From a virus (Duplodnaviria > Caudoviricetes): a stretch of DNA of 62,606 nt. Shown here one piece after another: positions 53,425 through 61,181 of the stretch; positions within the stretch are counted from its first letter, which is position 1; each line of letters begins with the position of its first letter. The position numbers were made by a program, and so were the translations under genes. The DNA lies in the IMG/VR virus record IMGVR_UViG_3300021197_001241, positions 1 through 62,606 of that record, one strand, 5' to 3'. Below the pieces are notes generated by a model. It had not been told where the DNA came from and did not search any database. It worked only from the letters and a program-made list of their open reading frames with translations.

Positions 53425-56400
53425 TTATGCAGAAGTTTTCTTAACGTACTTGATTACAACGTAGTCACCCGGCTCAGAAGCGTGCTTGAGTTCAACCTCA
53501 TCATCGCCACCTGATCCAAATTCCCAATCGTAAGAAGCACCCATACGCTGAAGCATACCGTTAACGAATACCATTACGGATTCCTGATGTGCTTCTGCAG
53601 AAATGGTAAACAATACTTGATTGTTTGTTGCGTCGAACTCTTCAGTTACGTGGTCGCCCTTACGAACGAATGCCGCGTTACCTGACTTGGTATCGATAAC
53701 TGCTGTCTCGAAGGTGTCGAGAGCTTGGTCAAGCTTATCGAGTGCGCCTTCTACAGAAGTTTCGATAGAGCCACCAGTTTTGATGTAACGAACATTACCA
53801 GCTTGAAGGTCAATTTGACCAGCAGATGTTAAGCCCATATTTGTCAAAGCTGTTCCAATAGCAGCGTCAAGATCTGAAAGATCAGTCGTGATGTCGCTGT
53901 TGCCGTTGATGTAATTCTTTCCAGAGAAAGCAACATAGTTGCCGCTGGAATCAATTATAGCACCCATAGCGTGGCGATTATCATCAATTGCGCCTACAAC
54001 AGAATCAAGAGCAGCGTCTACTTGAGAAGCAGCGAGCGTGAATTTGCTGTGAGCACCTGCCTGTCCGTCGTAACCGACCTTAGCAGAACCCTTAGTAGCT
54101 ACTTGAGAAAGAACGTCGGCGATGTGATCGTCGGTGGCTTTCATTTCAGCGTCTAAACCAAGAGCAAGTGAATCCAAAGAAGCATCTACCTTAGCGGCAG
54201 AGAGAGAGAAAAGTGAGTTTGCACCCGCTTGACCATCATAGCCAACTTTAGCAGCACCTGTTGCATTCGCAAGAAGAGCAGCTTCAAATACATCGAATTC
54301 CTGACGGTCAGCGTCGATGGCATCAACGATAGAATCAAGAGCAGCATCTACTTGAGAAGCAGCAAGAGTGAAATCTCCGTTTGCGCCTACCTTTCCATCA
54401 TAACCAACAAGAGCAGAACCTTCTCCAGCTACCTGAGAAGCCAGTGTGGTGTTACCAGCGTCAAGTTCGTTGATCGCTTCAATCAAAGTTTGAGCAGTTG
54501 TGGTCAAAGTTGAAGAAGCAGATGCTTCGATACGGGCCGCAATCTCAAGCATTGTGTCCAAAGATGGATCAACAGATGCGCGGAGATCCTGCTTAACTTC
54601 CAAAATCATGTTCTGGATGCTTGCAGAAAGTGAACTTGCACCTTGGTCATCAAGAGTGTTCAAAGAAGACGAAAGTTGTGATAAGGTTTGAACCATATCT
54701 GCAGATCCGCCAATAGCAGATGTAACAGCTTGGTCAATCTTATACTCAACAGAACCTGTGACATAATCGTCAGCTTCCATCAAGTCAACTTTGTCGATGA
54801 TTGCTTCAAGAGCAGACTTAACAGTACCACCAGCAACTGCAAAGTGAGCGCGTCCGTCGTTAGAGTTAGCAGCTGTGCCTGTGTAAGCCTTGAAGCCTAC
54901 TTTTGCAGAACCTTTAGCAGCGTCGGAGTTGTTAAGCATATCAGCGATGTGATCATCAGTTGCCTTCATTTCAGCGTCTAAGCCAAGAGCAAGTGAATCC
55001 AAAGAAGCATCTACCTTAGCAGCAGACAAAGAGAAGAGGCTGTTCGCGCCAGCTTGTCCGTCATAACCTACCTTAGCAGCACCTGTTGCATTTGCAAGAA
55101 GAGCAGCCTCGAATACGTCAAATTCTTGACGGTCAGCGTCAATAGCGGTTACAATGTCATCCAGTGCAGCATCGACTTGCTTTGCAGTAATACTGAAATC
55201 ACCATTTGCACCTTGTTGTCCGTCATAACCAATCTTTGCAGCACCTTTAGTTGCTGTCTGTGAAAGAAGATCTGCTTGATAATCATCAACAACTTTCATT
55301 TCTGCATCAATCTTTAAGATCACGTCGTCTAAAGCAGCGTCAACTTTCTTAGCTCCTACAGAGAAAAGAGAGTTAGCACCAGCTTGTCCGTCGAATCCTA
55401 CCTTAGCGGCACCTGTTGCATTTGCAAGAAGAGCAGCCTCGAATACGTCGAACTCCTGACGATCAGCATCAATAGCGTCAACGATAGAATCAAGAGCAGC
55501 GTCTACTTGAGAAGCAGCAAGAGTGAAATCACCATTTGCGCCGGTTTTGCCATCATAACCAATTTTGGCAGAACCTTTAGTTGCTGTCTGGGAAAGAAGC
55601 TCGGCTTGATAGTCGTCAACAACTTTCATTTCTGCGTCAATCTTTGTTACGATAGAGTCAAGAGATGCATCTACCTTAGCAGCGGATAGCGAAAAGAGTG
55701 AGTTTGCCCCAGCCTGTCCGTCGTAACCGACCTTAGCAGCACCTGTTGCGTTCGCAAGAAGAGCAGCTTCGAATACATCGAATTCTTCACGGTCAGCATC
55801 GATGGCATCAACGATGTCGTCGATTGCAAGATCCAATCTCTTGGCAGAAATTGAGAAGTCGCCATTTGCACCAGCGTGTCCAGAAAATCCGACAAGAGCG
55901 GAACCAGAAGCAGCTGCTGTAGAGGACATATCTGCCTCATGTTCAGCCATCTCGTTTGCGCGAAGTGTAGCTTGCTGATTCAAGTGGTAATCAAGAATCT
56001 GCGTAGCATTGTGAACACTTGTTGCAGAATTGATGTATGTTGCAGATGAAGAAACAACATATTGACCAGAAGCAGAAATACCAATTGCGGATTCATGCTC
56101 ATCAAATAAGTCTTGGAATGATGCGGTGCCTAAAGCAGCGTCATCAATTTTGTTAGCGATTGTTGTCAAAGCGGATTTGACATCAGTGTCGCCAGATGCG
56201 TTAAGAAGCGGAGCTTCAGAAGCACCCCATGAAAGTGACGCACTAAGTGAGTTAGCAACGCCTAATAGAGAATTCAAACGAGCAGCGACGAAACCACCGT
56301 GAGCAATTTGCTTACGGTCAGACATCGAATATTCACTATCCATCTTCACAGTACCATCTGCGAGAATCATGTGACCATCCGATCCTGCCACATCCGTGGT

Positions 56401-56451
56401 GTTATCGAGCTGAGTTTGTGCTCTCATTTTTGTTTTTTTAGATACAGCCAT
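53425..56451 (-). CDS. repeat-rich fibrous virion protein (head or tail fibre-like)
   Basis: ten GxAx(V/I)G(Y/F) knob plus helix repeats; C-terminal VFVNGMLQ...YD beta domain; AGGAGG SD; visibly biased codon use. Confidence 0.75.
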   Translation of the reverse strand: MAVSKKTKMRAQTQLDNTTDVAGSDGHMILADGTVKMDSEYSMSDRKQIAHGGFVAARLNSLLGVANSLSASLSWGASEAPLLNASGDTDVKSALTTIANKIDDAALGTASFQDLFDEHESAIGISASGQYVVSSSATYINSATSVHNATQILDYHLNQQATLRANEMAEHEADMSSTAAASGSALVGFSGHAGANGDFSISAKRLDLAIDDIVDAIDADREEFDVFEAALLANATGAAKVGYDGQAGANSLFSLSAAKVDASLDSIVTKIDAEMKVVDDYQAELLSQTATKGSAKIGYDGKTGANGDFTLAASQVDAALDSIVDAIDADRQEFDVFEAALLANATGAAKVGFDGQAGANSLFSVGAKKVDAALDDVILKIDAEMKVVDDYQADLLSQTATKGAAKIGYDGQQGANGDFSITAKQVDAALDDIVTAIDADRQEFDVFEAALLANATGAAKVGYDGQAGANSLFSLSAAKVDASLDSLALGLDAEMKATDDHIADMLNNSDAAKGSAKVGFKAYTGTAANSNDGRAHFAVAGGTVKSALEAIIDKVDLMEADDYVTGSVEYKIDQAVTSAIGGSADMVQTLSQLSSSLNTLDDQGASSLSASIQNMILEVKQDLRASVDPSLDTMLEIAARIEASASSTLTTTAQTLIEAINELDAGNTTLASQVAGEGSALVGYDGKVGANGDFTLAASQVDAALDSIVDAIDADRQEFDVFEAALLANATGAAKVGYDGQAGANSLFSLSAAKVDASLDSLALGLDAEMKATDDHIADVLSQVATKGSAKVGYDGQAGAHSKFTLAASQVDAALDSVVGAIDDNRHAMGAIIDSSGNYVAFSGKNYINGNSDITTDLSDLDAAIGTALTNMGLTSAGQIDLQAGNVRYIKTGGSIETSVEGALDKLDQALDTFETAVIDTKSGNAAFVRKGDHVTEEFDATNNQVLFTISAEAHQESVMVFVNGMLQRMGASYDWEFGSGGDDEVELKHASEPGDYVVIKYVKKTSA
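54040..55910 (-). repeat. degenerate intragenic tandem repeats, 330-bp (110-aa) period
   Basis: anchor GCACCTGTTGC at 55079, 55409, 55739 and a displaced copy at 54254; alternating 54- and 56-aa units. Confidence 0.85.
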
Positions 56452-56476
56452 ATATTTACCTCCTATAATAAAAAAT

Positions 56477-56556
56477 ATGGTGGTTTTAGAAAACCGAAAT
56501 TTTCAAAAAACCGTGAACGCAGTCTAAGGGTAGACTTGTTCGCCCTAGATAGGAGG
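56477..56556 (-). promoter_or_regulatory. structured 5' leader with late-motif variant CCTATCTA
   Basis: hairpins AGTCTA-CCCT-TAGACT and GGTTTT..GAAAAT-TTCG-GTTTTC.AAAACC ahead of the fibre gene SD. Confidence 0.45.
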
Positions 56557-56604
56557 GTATTTCGCCAAAAGCAAAAAAAGATGAAAAAAGTCAAAAAAAC
56601 GGGC

Positions 56605-56637
56605 AAAAAAGAATCCCGCAAGTTGATTTGCGGGATT
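56605..56637 (-). terminator. intrinsic terminator after prkA
   Basis: AATCCCGCAA-6 nt-TTGCGGGATT followed by CTTTTTT. Confidence 0.85.
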
Positions 56638-56665
56638 TATTATTTCAAAAAAGCTTTTTTAAATT

Positions 56666-58606
56666 TTAACTGTCGCGCCACAAGTTATTTGAGGCATATT
56701 TAATGATCTCATTTGCTGAGTCTTCATTGTATGCATATTCCTCAATAAGCTTCTGAACCATTTCGTTGTATTTACCTTGTTGTTTCTTGTCTCTTGATTT
56801 AGACTTAGTAACAATTCGAGAAATATCCCTAACAGAATCAAGCAGCTTGTTTTCGATTGCTTCTTTTAACGGGCCATAAGATGTCCAGTCAATTTTTTCA
56901 CCTTTTCTCAACTTAGCAAACATGTAAGCTGTAATATCGGCTCTAAAGTTTTCTCTAGCGGAGCCAACGATTCCAATTTGCTCTTCAATCGAAGACAAGA
57001 AGTTTTCGTCTGCTTCCATTTCTTCGTTTGTTACGTTGTCTTTAACCTTTACGCCATTCACATAAGCTTCAGCGTGGTCAAGATAATTGTCAAACAAAGA
57101 TTCTGCTTGTTCTTTATAAGCTGATACGAAAGCTTTTGTGATTTCTTTTTCTAGAATCTTCAAATACTCTTCGTGAAGCTCTTTCTGCAAGAATGAAAGA
57201 TATTTTTCTCTTAGGTCTTCTACGACAACCTGTTCTTTGACTTGTTTGACCAGAGCATCTCTGATTGAAATAGGAGTAACCATGTTTCTGTCAGAATCTG
57301 CCAGAGCTGCATCGATAGCCTTCATGATAAATCTGGTTGAAATACCAGTCATGCCTTCATCTCTGGCCTCATCACGTAGGTCATTGATATCAATCTTTTT
57401 AACATATCCCTTCTCAACGATCTCTTCTCCGTTGTAGATCTTCATCTTAGTCAAAGGATCTACCTTGTTTGAGGTCTGTAGTCTAGAGAGGACAGCGAAC
57501 ATAGCTGCGAGTTCCAAGGTATGAGGAGCGATGTGTGATTCAAAATCAGATTCGTCAAGCATCTTCTTATAAATCTTTTGCTCTTCATCCACCTCAAGAC
57601 AATAAGGAACGTTAACTCTGACAATTCTGTCTAGAATCGCTTCGTTTGTGTTTTCTGATTTAAATTTGTTCCACTCTGCCTCATTACAGTGTGCCAAGAT
57701 AACACCATCGAAATAAATCATTGCACCTTTACCGGGGGATGGTACTGCTTTCTCTTGTGTTGCAGTAATCATTGTGTGCAAGAATTCAATTTCGTTTTTG
57801 AAAACCTCAACGAATTCGACAATTCCACGATTTCCTACGTTGAATGCCCCGTTAAGGCTTAGAGCACGAGGATCGTCTTCCGGATAGAGGTCTAATTTTG
57901 AAATGTCTTCTGACCCTATTAGAATGCTTGTGTCTTGAGTATTTGCATCCATAGGAGGAACAACTCCAACACCTCTTCTTCCTCTAATAGAGAAAGAGCC
58001 TTCGACTACTGGATAATTCATGTAATCTCCGCCATGCTCTTCGAGGAGACGATGACGACAGACAGGGCACAAATCACCTTCAATTTTGATGCCGTATATG
58101 TCTTTAAAATTTTCTCTTAAAGAGCGAGGGACCAAATGTAGTGGGCTTTCGTTAATAGGGCAATCCTTGAGAGTGTAAAAGGATCCGGACCCTTCAAGGG
58201 CGCGTTTGATGTGTTCAATCAGAGCTGACTTGCCAGCTCCTACCGGGCCAAGAAGTAAAAGAACCTGTCGGCTTTCTTCACCCTTCATTGATGCAGAATG
58301 CAAATACCTCATTACTTTAGCCAAAGACCTTTCCATACCAAAGAATCTAGATTGGAAATAATCGTAAGTGCGAACTGCTTCTCCGTTGAAAAGATTGTTG
58401 CATCTACTGTCTTCTTCTGACATCCTAGTGATGCCATGAGAGGTGATCGCCTTATAAAGCCTTTTGTGTGCCAAAATAGACAGTCCCTTGTCTTTTGCCA
58501 ATAACTCAAGATAGTCAGACAAAGTACCAGAAAACTTCTCTACTTTTTTGTTTTTTTTGTGCTCCTCAGTGAGCTTAAGAAATTGTTTTGTTTTTGAATC
58601 AGTCAT
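56666..58606 (-). CDS. prkA: PrkA/YeaG family AAA+ ATPase (annotated serine kinase)
   Basis: FFGME, LLGPVGAGKS, CPINESPL, LCPVC, NRGIVEFVEVFK, ILAHCNEAEW, VPYCL, EGMTGISTRF. Confidence 0.95.
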   Translation of the reverse strand: MTDSKTKQFLKLTEEHKKNKKVEKFSGTLSDYLELLAKDKGLSILAHKRLYKAITSHGITRMSEEDSRCNNLFNGEAVRTYDYFQSRFFGMERSLAKVMRYLHSASMKGEESRQVLLLLGPVGAGKSALIEHIKRALEGSGSFYTLKDCPINESPLHLVPRSLRENFKDIYGIKIEGDLCPVCRHRLLEEHGGDYMNYPVVEGSFSIRGRRGVGVVPPMDANTQDTSILIGSEDISKLDLYPEDDPRALSLNGAFNVGNRGIVEFVEVFKNEIEFLHTMITATQEKAVPSPGKGAMIYFDGVILAHCNEAEWNKFKSENTNEAILDRIVRVNVPYCLEVDEEQKIYKKMLDESDFESHIAPHTLELAAMFAVLSRLQTSNKVDPLTKMKIYNGEEIVEKGYVKKIDINDLRDEARDEGMTGISTRFIMKAIDAALADSDRNMVTPISIRDALVKQVKEQVVVEDLREKYLSFLQKELHEEYLKILEKEITKAFVSAYKEQAESLFDNYLDHAEAYVNGVKVKDNVTNEEMEADENFLSSIEEQIGIVGSARENFRADITAYMFAKLRKGEKIDWTSYGPLKEAIENKLLDSVRDISRIVTKSKSRDKKQQGKYNEMVQKLIEEYAYNEDSANEIIKYASNNLWRDS

Positions 58607-58607
58607 G

Positions 58608-59909
58608 TTAGAATTCCCAAGGTTCCCCTTCTATTATTGTTGTGAATGCCACATCGTCATTCCAAAGATAACAAATGTGATCGTAAACTCTGTTTGCGAA
58701 CGATAGTTCGAGATCTCTGCCGTCATGCTCGTGCTCAACATAAAGAGTATTAGTCTTTTTGTCAAAATCACTAACATACACTACAGGAGCGGATTTAAGT
58801 CCGACATTACTAATTAGAGTGTCCCGAACTGTTTTCCACCCTTCTTCATCAGAAATATCATTTATTGAGTAATTTCCCTTTCCTTGGTCAAAGGAATATG
58901 AAAAAAGGTTTAGCTCCCTGCAAAGATCTAGATCTAAATATTTTCTTATAAAAGACTCGTCGTCATGCGTTTCTCGAACCAATAAACATTCTTCGAAACC
59001 ATGCTCTTCTTCTATTTTCTTAAATATTTTGTAACCTAAGTGGTAAGGATTTACTCGACCAACAATTGGGCGTACCACTTGGTTGTGTGTTTTTAAAAAG
59101 GCAAGATGGTATTTATCTGGTAACTCCAAATCATTCATGATCTTTTCGTGGATAGTCACCGCCCATCCTTCGTTCATAATTTTGGTTTGTGCCTGTGGAA
59201 TAAAATACAAAGATCTTCTTTCCACCATCTCTATTAAATCTTGTTGCCAAGATTCTAAATTTCTAGCGTTTTCCTTAATGAATCTCAATAAATTATAGTC
59301 TTTGTTTAAAAGACCATTTCGGACATCCATTACTCCTTTTGTTTTATCAAAAAGCTCTCTCCTAGCCTCGTCCTCGGTTTTTCTTTTAATGCCGGGTGTT
59401 CTAGGCACTTGATATTGAATCGAGTGACACGCATCAAGTACGCGCTCTACACGGTCTATTCCAATATGGGGATCTTCAATATAGCTTTGAACTCTCTTGG
59501 CTGCGGCTCTGAATCTTGAAATCACATTGTTTGGATCTGTATATTTAAACATTCTGTTATTTTTAAAGAAGTCAGAGTGACCCACACAATGGGACATTGT
59601 TAACAAGTGTGTGCTCATTGGATTCTCAAGCATCAGATAGGCAATTGAAGGATTAGAGTTAATAATCATCTCATAAGGCAATCCTTCCATTCCGAGATTG
59701 TATCTTGTGATTGTTCTTTCGAATGACTTGCCAAAAGACCAATGACGATAATGCGTTGGCAAACCTGTATAAGCCATGGCACCAATCATCTCGTGATAAT
59801 TTAAAATTTCATACTCAATAGGGAACCAATCAAGATTGTATTTCTCTTTTGCGATCTTACATATCTCATCGTCCCACATTTGTAATTCTTTTACGGACCA
59901 GTCTTTCAT
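58608..59909 (-). CDS. spoVR: SpoVR/YcgB family protein
   Basis: GLPTHYRHWSFGK, YEMIINSNP, HCVGHSDFFKNN, TKIMNEGWA, NPYHLG. Confidence 0.95.
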   Translation of the reverse strand: MKDWSVKELQMWDDEICKIAKEKYNLDWFPIEYEILNYHEMIGAMAYTGLPTHYRHWSFGKSFERTITRYNLGMEGLPYEMIINSNPSIAYLMLENPMSTHLLTMSHCVGHSDFFKNNRMFKYTDPNNVISRFRAAAKRVQSYIEDPHIGIDRVERVLDACHSIQYQVPRTPGIKRKTEDEARRELFDKTKGVMDVRNGLLNKDYNLLRFIKENARNLESWQQDLIEMVERRSLYFIPQAQTKIMNEGWAVTIHEKIMNDLELPDKYHLAFLKTHNQVVRPIVGRVNPYHLGYKIFKKIEEEHGFEECLLVRETHDDESFIRKYLDLDLCRELNLFSYSFDQGKGNYSINDISDEEGWKTVRDTLISNVGLKSAPVVYVSDFDKKTNTLYVEHEHDGRDLELSFANRVYDHICYLWNDDVAFTTIIEGEPWEF

Positions 59910-61114
59910 GGCTTTCCTCCGAACAGTTTCCTAAAAGAAGGCCATATATGTTGCGGCTTGGATATTTTAACTTTTTTGAAACTGTCGCCAGTAACAACAT
60001 CTAGTTTATTCCACAACTTAGAAGCCTCACTCTGATTATAATGAAATGACTTACTCAATATTGCTAATTCTGATTCTGGGTCAGAATTTGGATCGATCTC
60101 TGCGTAACAAGTCATCTGACTTATTTCTTTTAATTCCTGAAACAAGGCTATCGTCTTTGGGTCGTCAAATGACCAATTCTCTCCGTCGCCAGAATAGAAT
60201 GTATAGATGTTCCATGTTGAGGGGTGGTATCTCTTATTGATGATGTCTTTTTCCAAAGTAAGGGCTGAAGACATGACTGTTCCGCCCATTGTTCCTCTTT
60301 TAAAGAAGTCGTCCTCATTCACTTCCTTCGCTTCTGTGGAGTGAGAGATGAAAACGACCTCTATGTTATCATACCGATAGCGAAGAAACTGATATAAAAG
60401 GAAATAAAAGCTTCTTGCCATATATTTCTTTTCTTTGTTCATGGAACCAGAAACATCCATCAGGAAGAAGATGACAGCAGAATTGTTTTCTTGAGGCTTC
60501 TGCTTCATGTGCTTATATTTTAAGTCATCTTCATGAAACGGAAACCTTTCATCTGAATTTTCATCGTAGGTTCCAGCAGCTATTGCCATTTTCTTACGTC
60601 TAATCTTTCTTTTGATTGTTTCTTTTTTCGAAAGCCTTGAGTTTAACCCCTTCTTTCGGAATCCGCTTCTTTTGAGCTTGTAATCTTTGATAAATCTGAA
60701 TTTTTTCTTTTCTAAATCTGGCAATTCAAGATCTTGGAAAAGATATTCTGCGAGTTCATCTAATGTGACTTCGACTTCATAATATTCTTCACCTTTCTCA
60801 TTAGAGCCTTTATTGCCGGATGCTTTCTTCTTTTGTTTGCTGGACTTTCTTAAAATTTGTCCTTTTTTTATTTCTTTGTCACCGGCAGAACCAGCCTTTT
60901 TGTTGTCTTTGTTTTCACCATAGACAAGCTGATATTCCTTGATTCCTTTAACTGGAATCTTGACTTTCTTTTTGCCATTTTGACCGATAATAGACTCGTC
61001 AGCAACAACGTCTCTCAAGCCTTCTTTTAAGGCTTTGTCGATTTTTTCTTTGTGTCTCTTTCGGTCTGCTGCGGAACGGTCGGCAATAGATTTGTGTTCG
61101 CGAAAGATGCTCAT
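59906..61114 (-). CDS. yeaH: YeaH/YhbH (DUF444) vWA-like protein
   Basis: DRKRHKEK, LFQDLELP, AVIFFLMDVSGSM, VFISHST, GGTVMSSA, WNIY...SGDGEN. Confidence 0.93.
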   Translation of the reverse strand: MSIFREHKSIADRSAADRKRHKEKIDKALKEGLRDVVADESIIGQNGKKKVKIPVKGIKEYQLVYGENKDNKKAGSAGDKEIKKGQILRKSSKQKKKASGNKGSNEKGEEYYEVEVTLDELAEYLFQDLELPDLEKKKFRFIKDYKLKRSGFRKKGLNSRLSKKETIKRKIRRKKMAIAAGTYDENSDERFPFHEDDLKYKHMKQKPQENNSAVIFFLMDVSGSMNKEKKYMARSFYFLLYQFLRYRYDNIEVVFISHSTEAKEVNEDDFFKRGTMGGTVMSSALTLEKDIINKRYHPSTWNIYTFYSGDGENWSFDDPKTIALFQELKEISQMTCYAEIDPNSDPESELAILSKSFHYNQSEASKLWNKLDVVTGDSFKKVKISKPQHIWPSFRKLFGGKP

Positions 61115-61118
61115 ACTA

Positions 61119-61126
61119 TAAATAGA
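61119..61126 (-). promoter_or_regulatory. putative late-promoter motif TCTATTTA
   Basis: 4 nt before the yeaH ATG, no SD present. Confidence 0.5.
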
Positions 61127-61130
61127 AAGT

Positions 61131-61156
61131 AAAAAGGGCTTCCGACCAGAAACCCT
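61131..61156 (-). terminator. intrinsic terminator
   Basis: AGGGTTTC-6 nt-GAAGCCCT followed by TTTT. Confidence 0.7.
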
Positions 61157-61181
61157 AATTATTTTTGTGATACGATTGCGA

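Noticed and set aside
53425-56451. CRISPR array, DGR template/variable repeats, or major capsid protein
   Set aside because: Repeats are in-frame, differ mostly at synonymous sites without adenine-specific bias, have no spacers, and no reverse transcriptase is present; no HK97-fold features.
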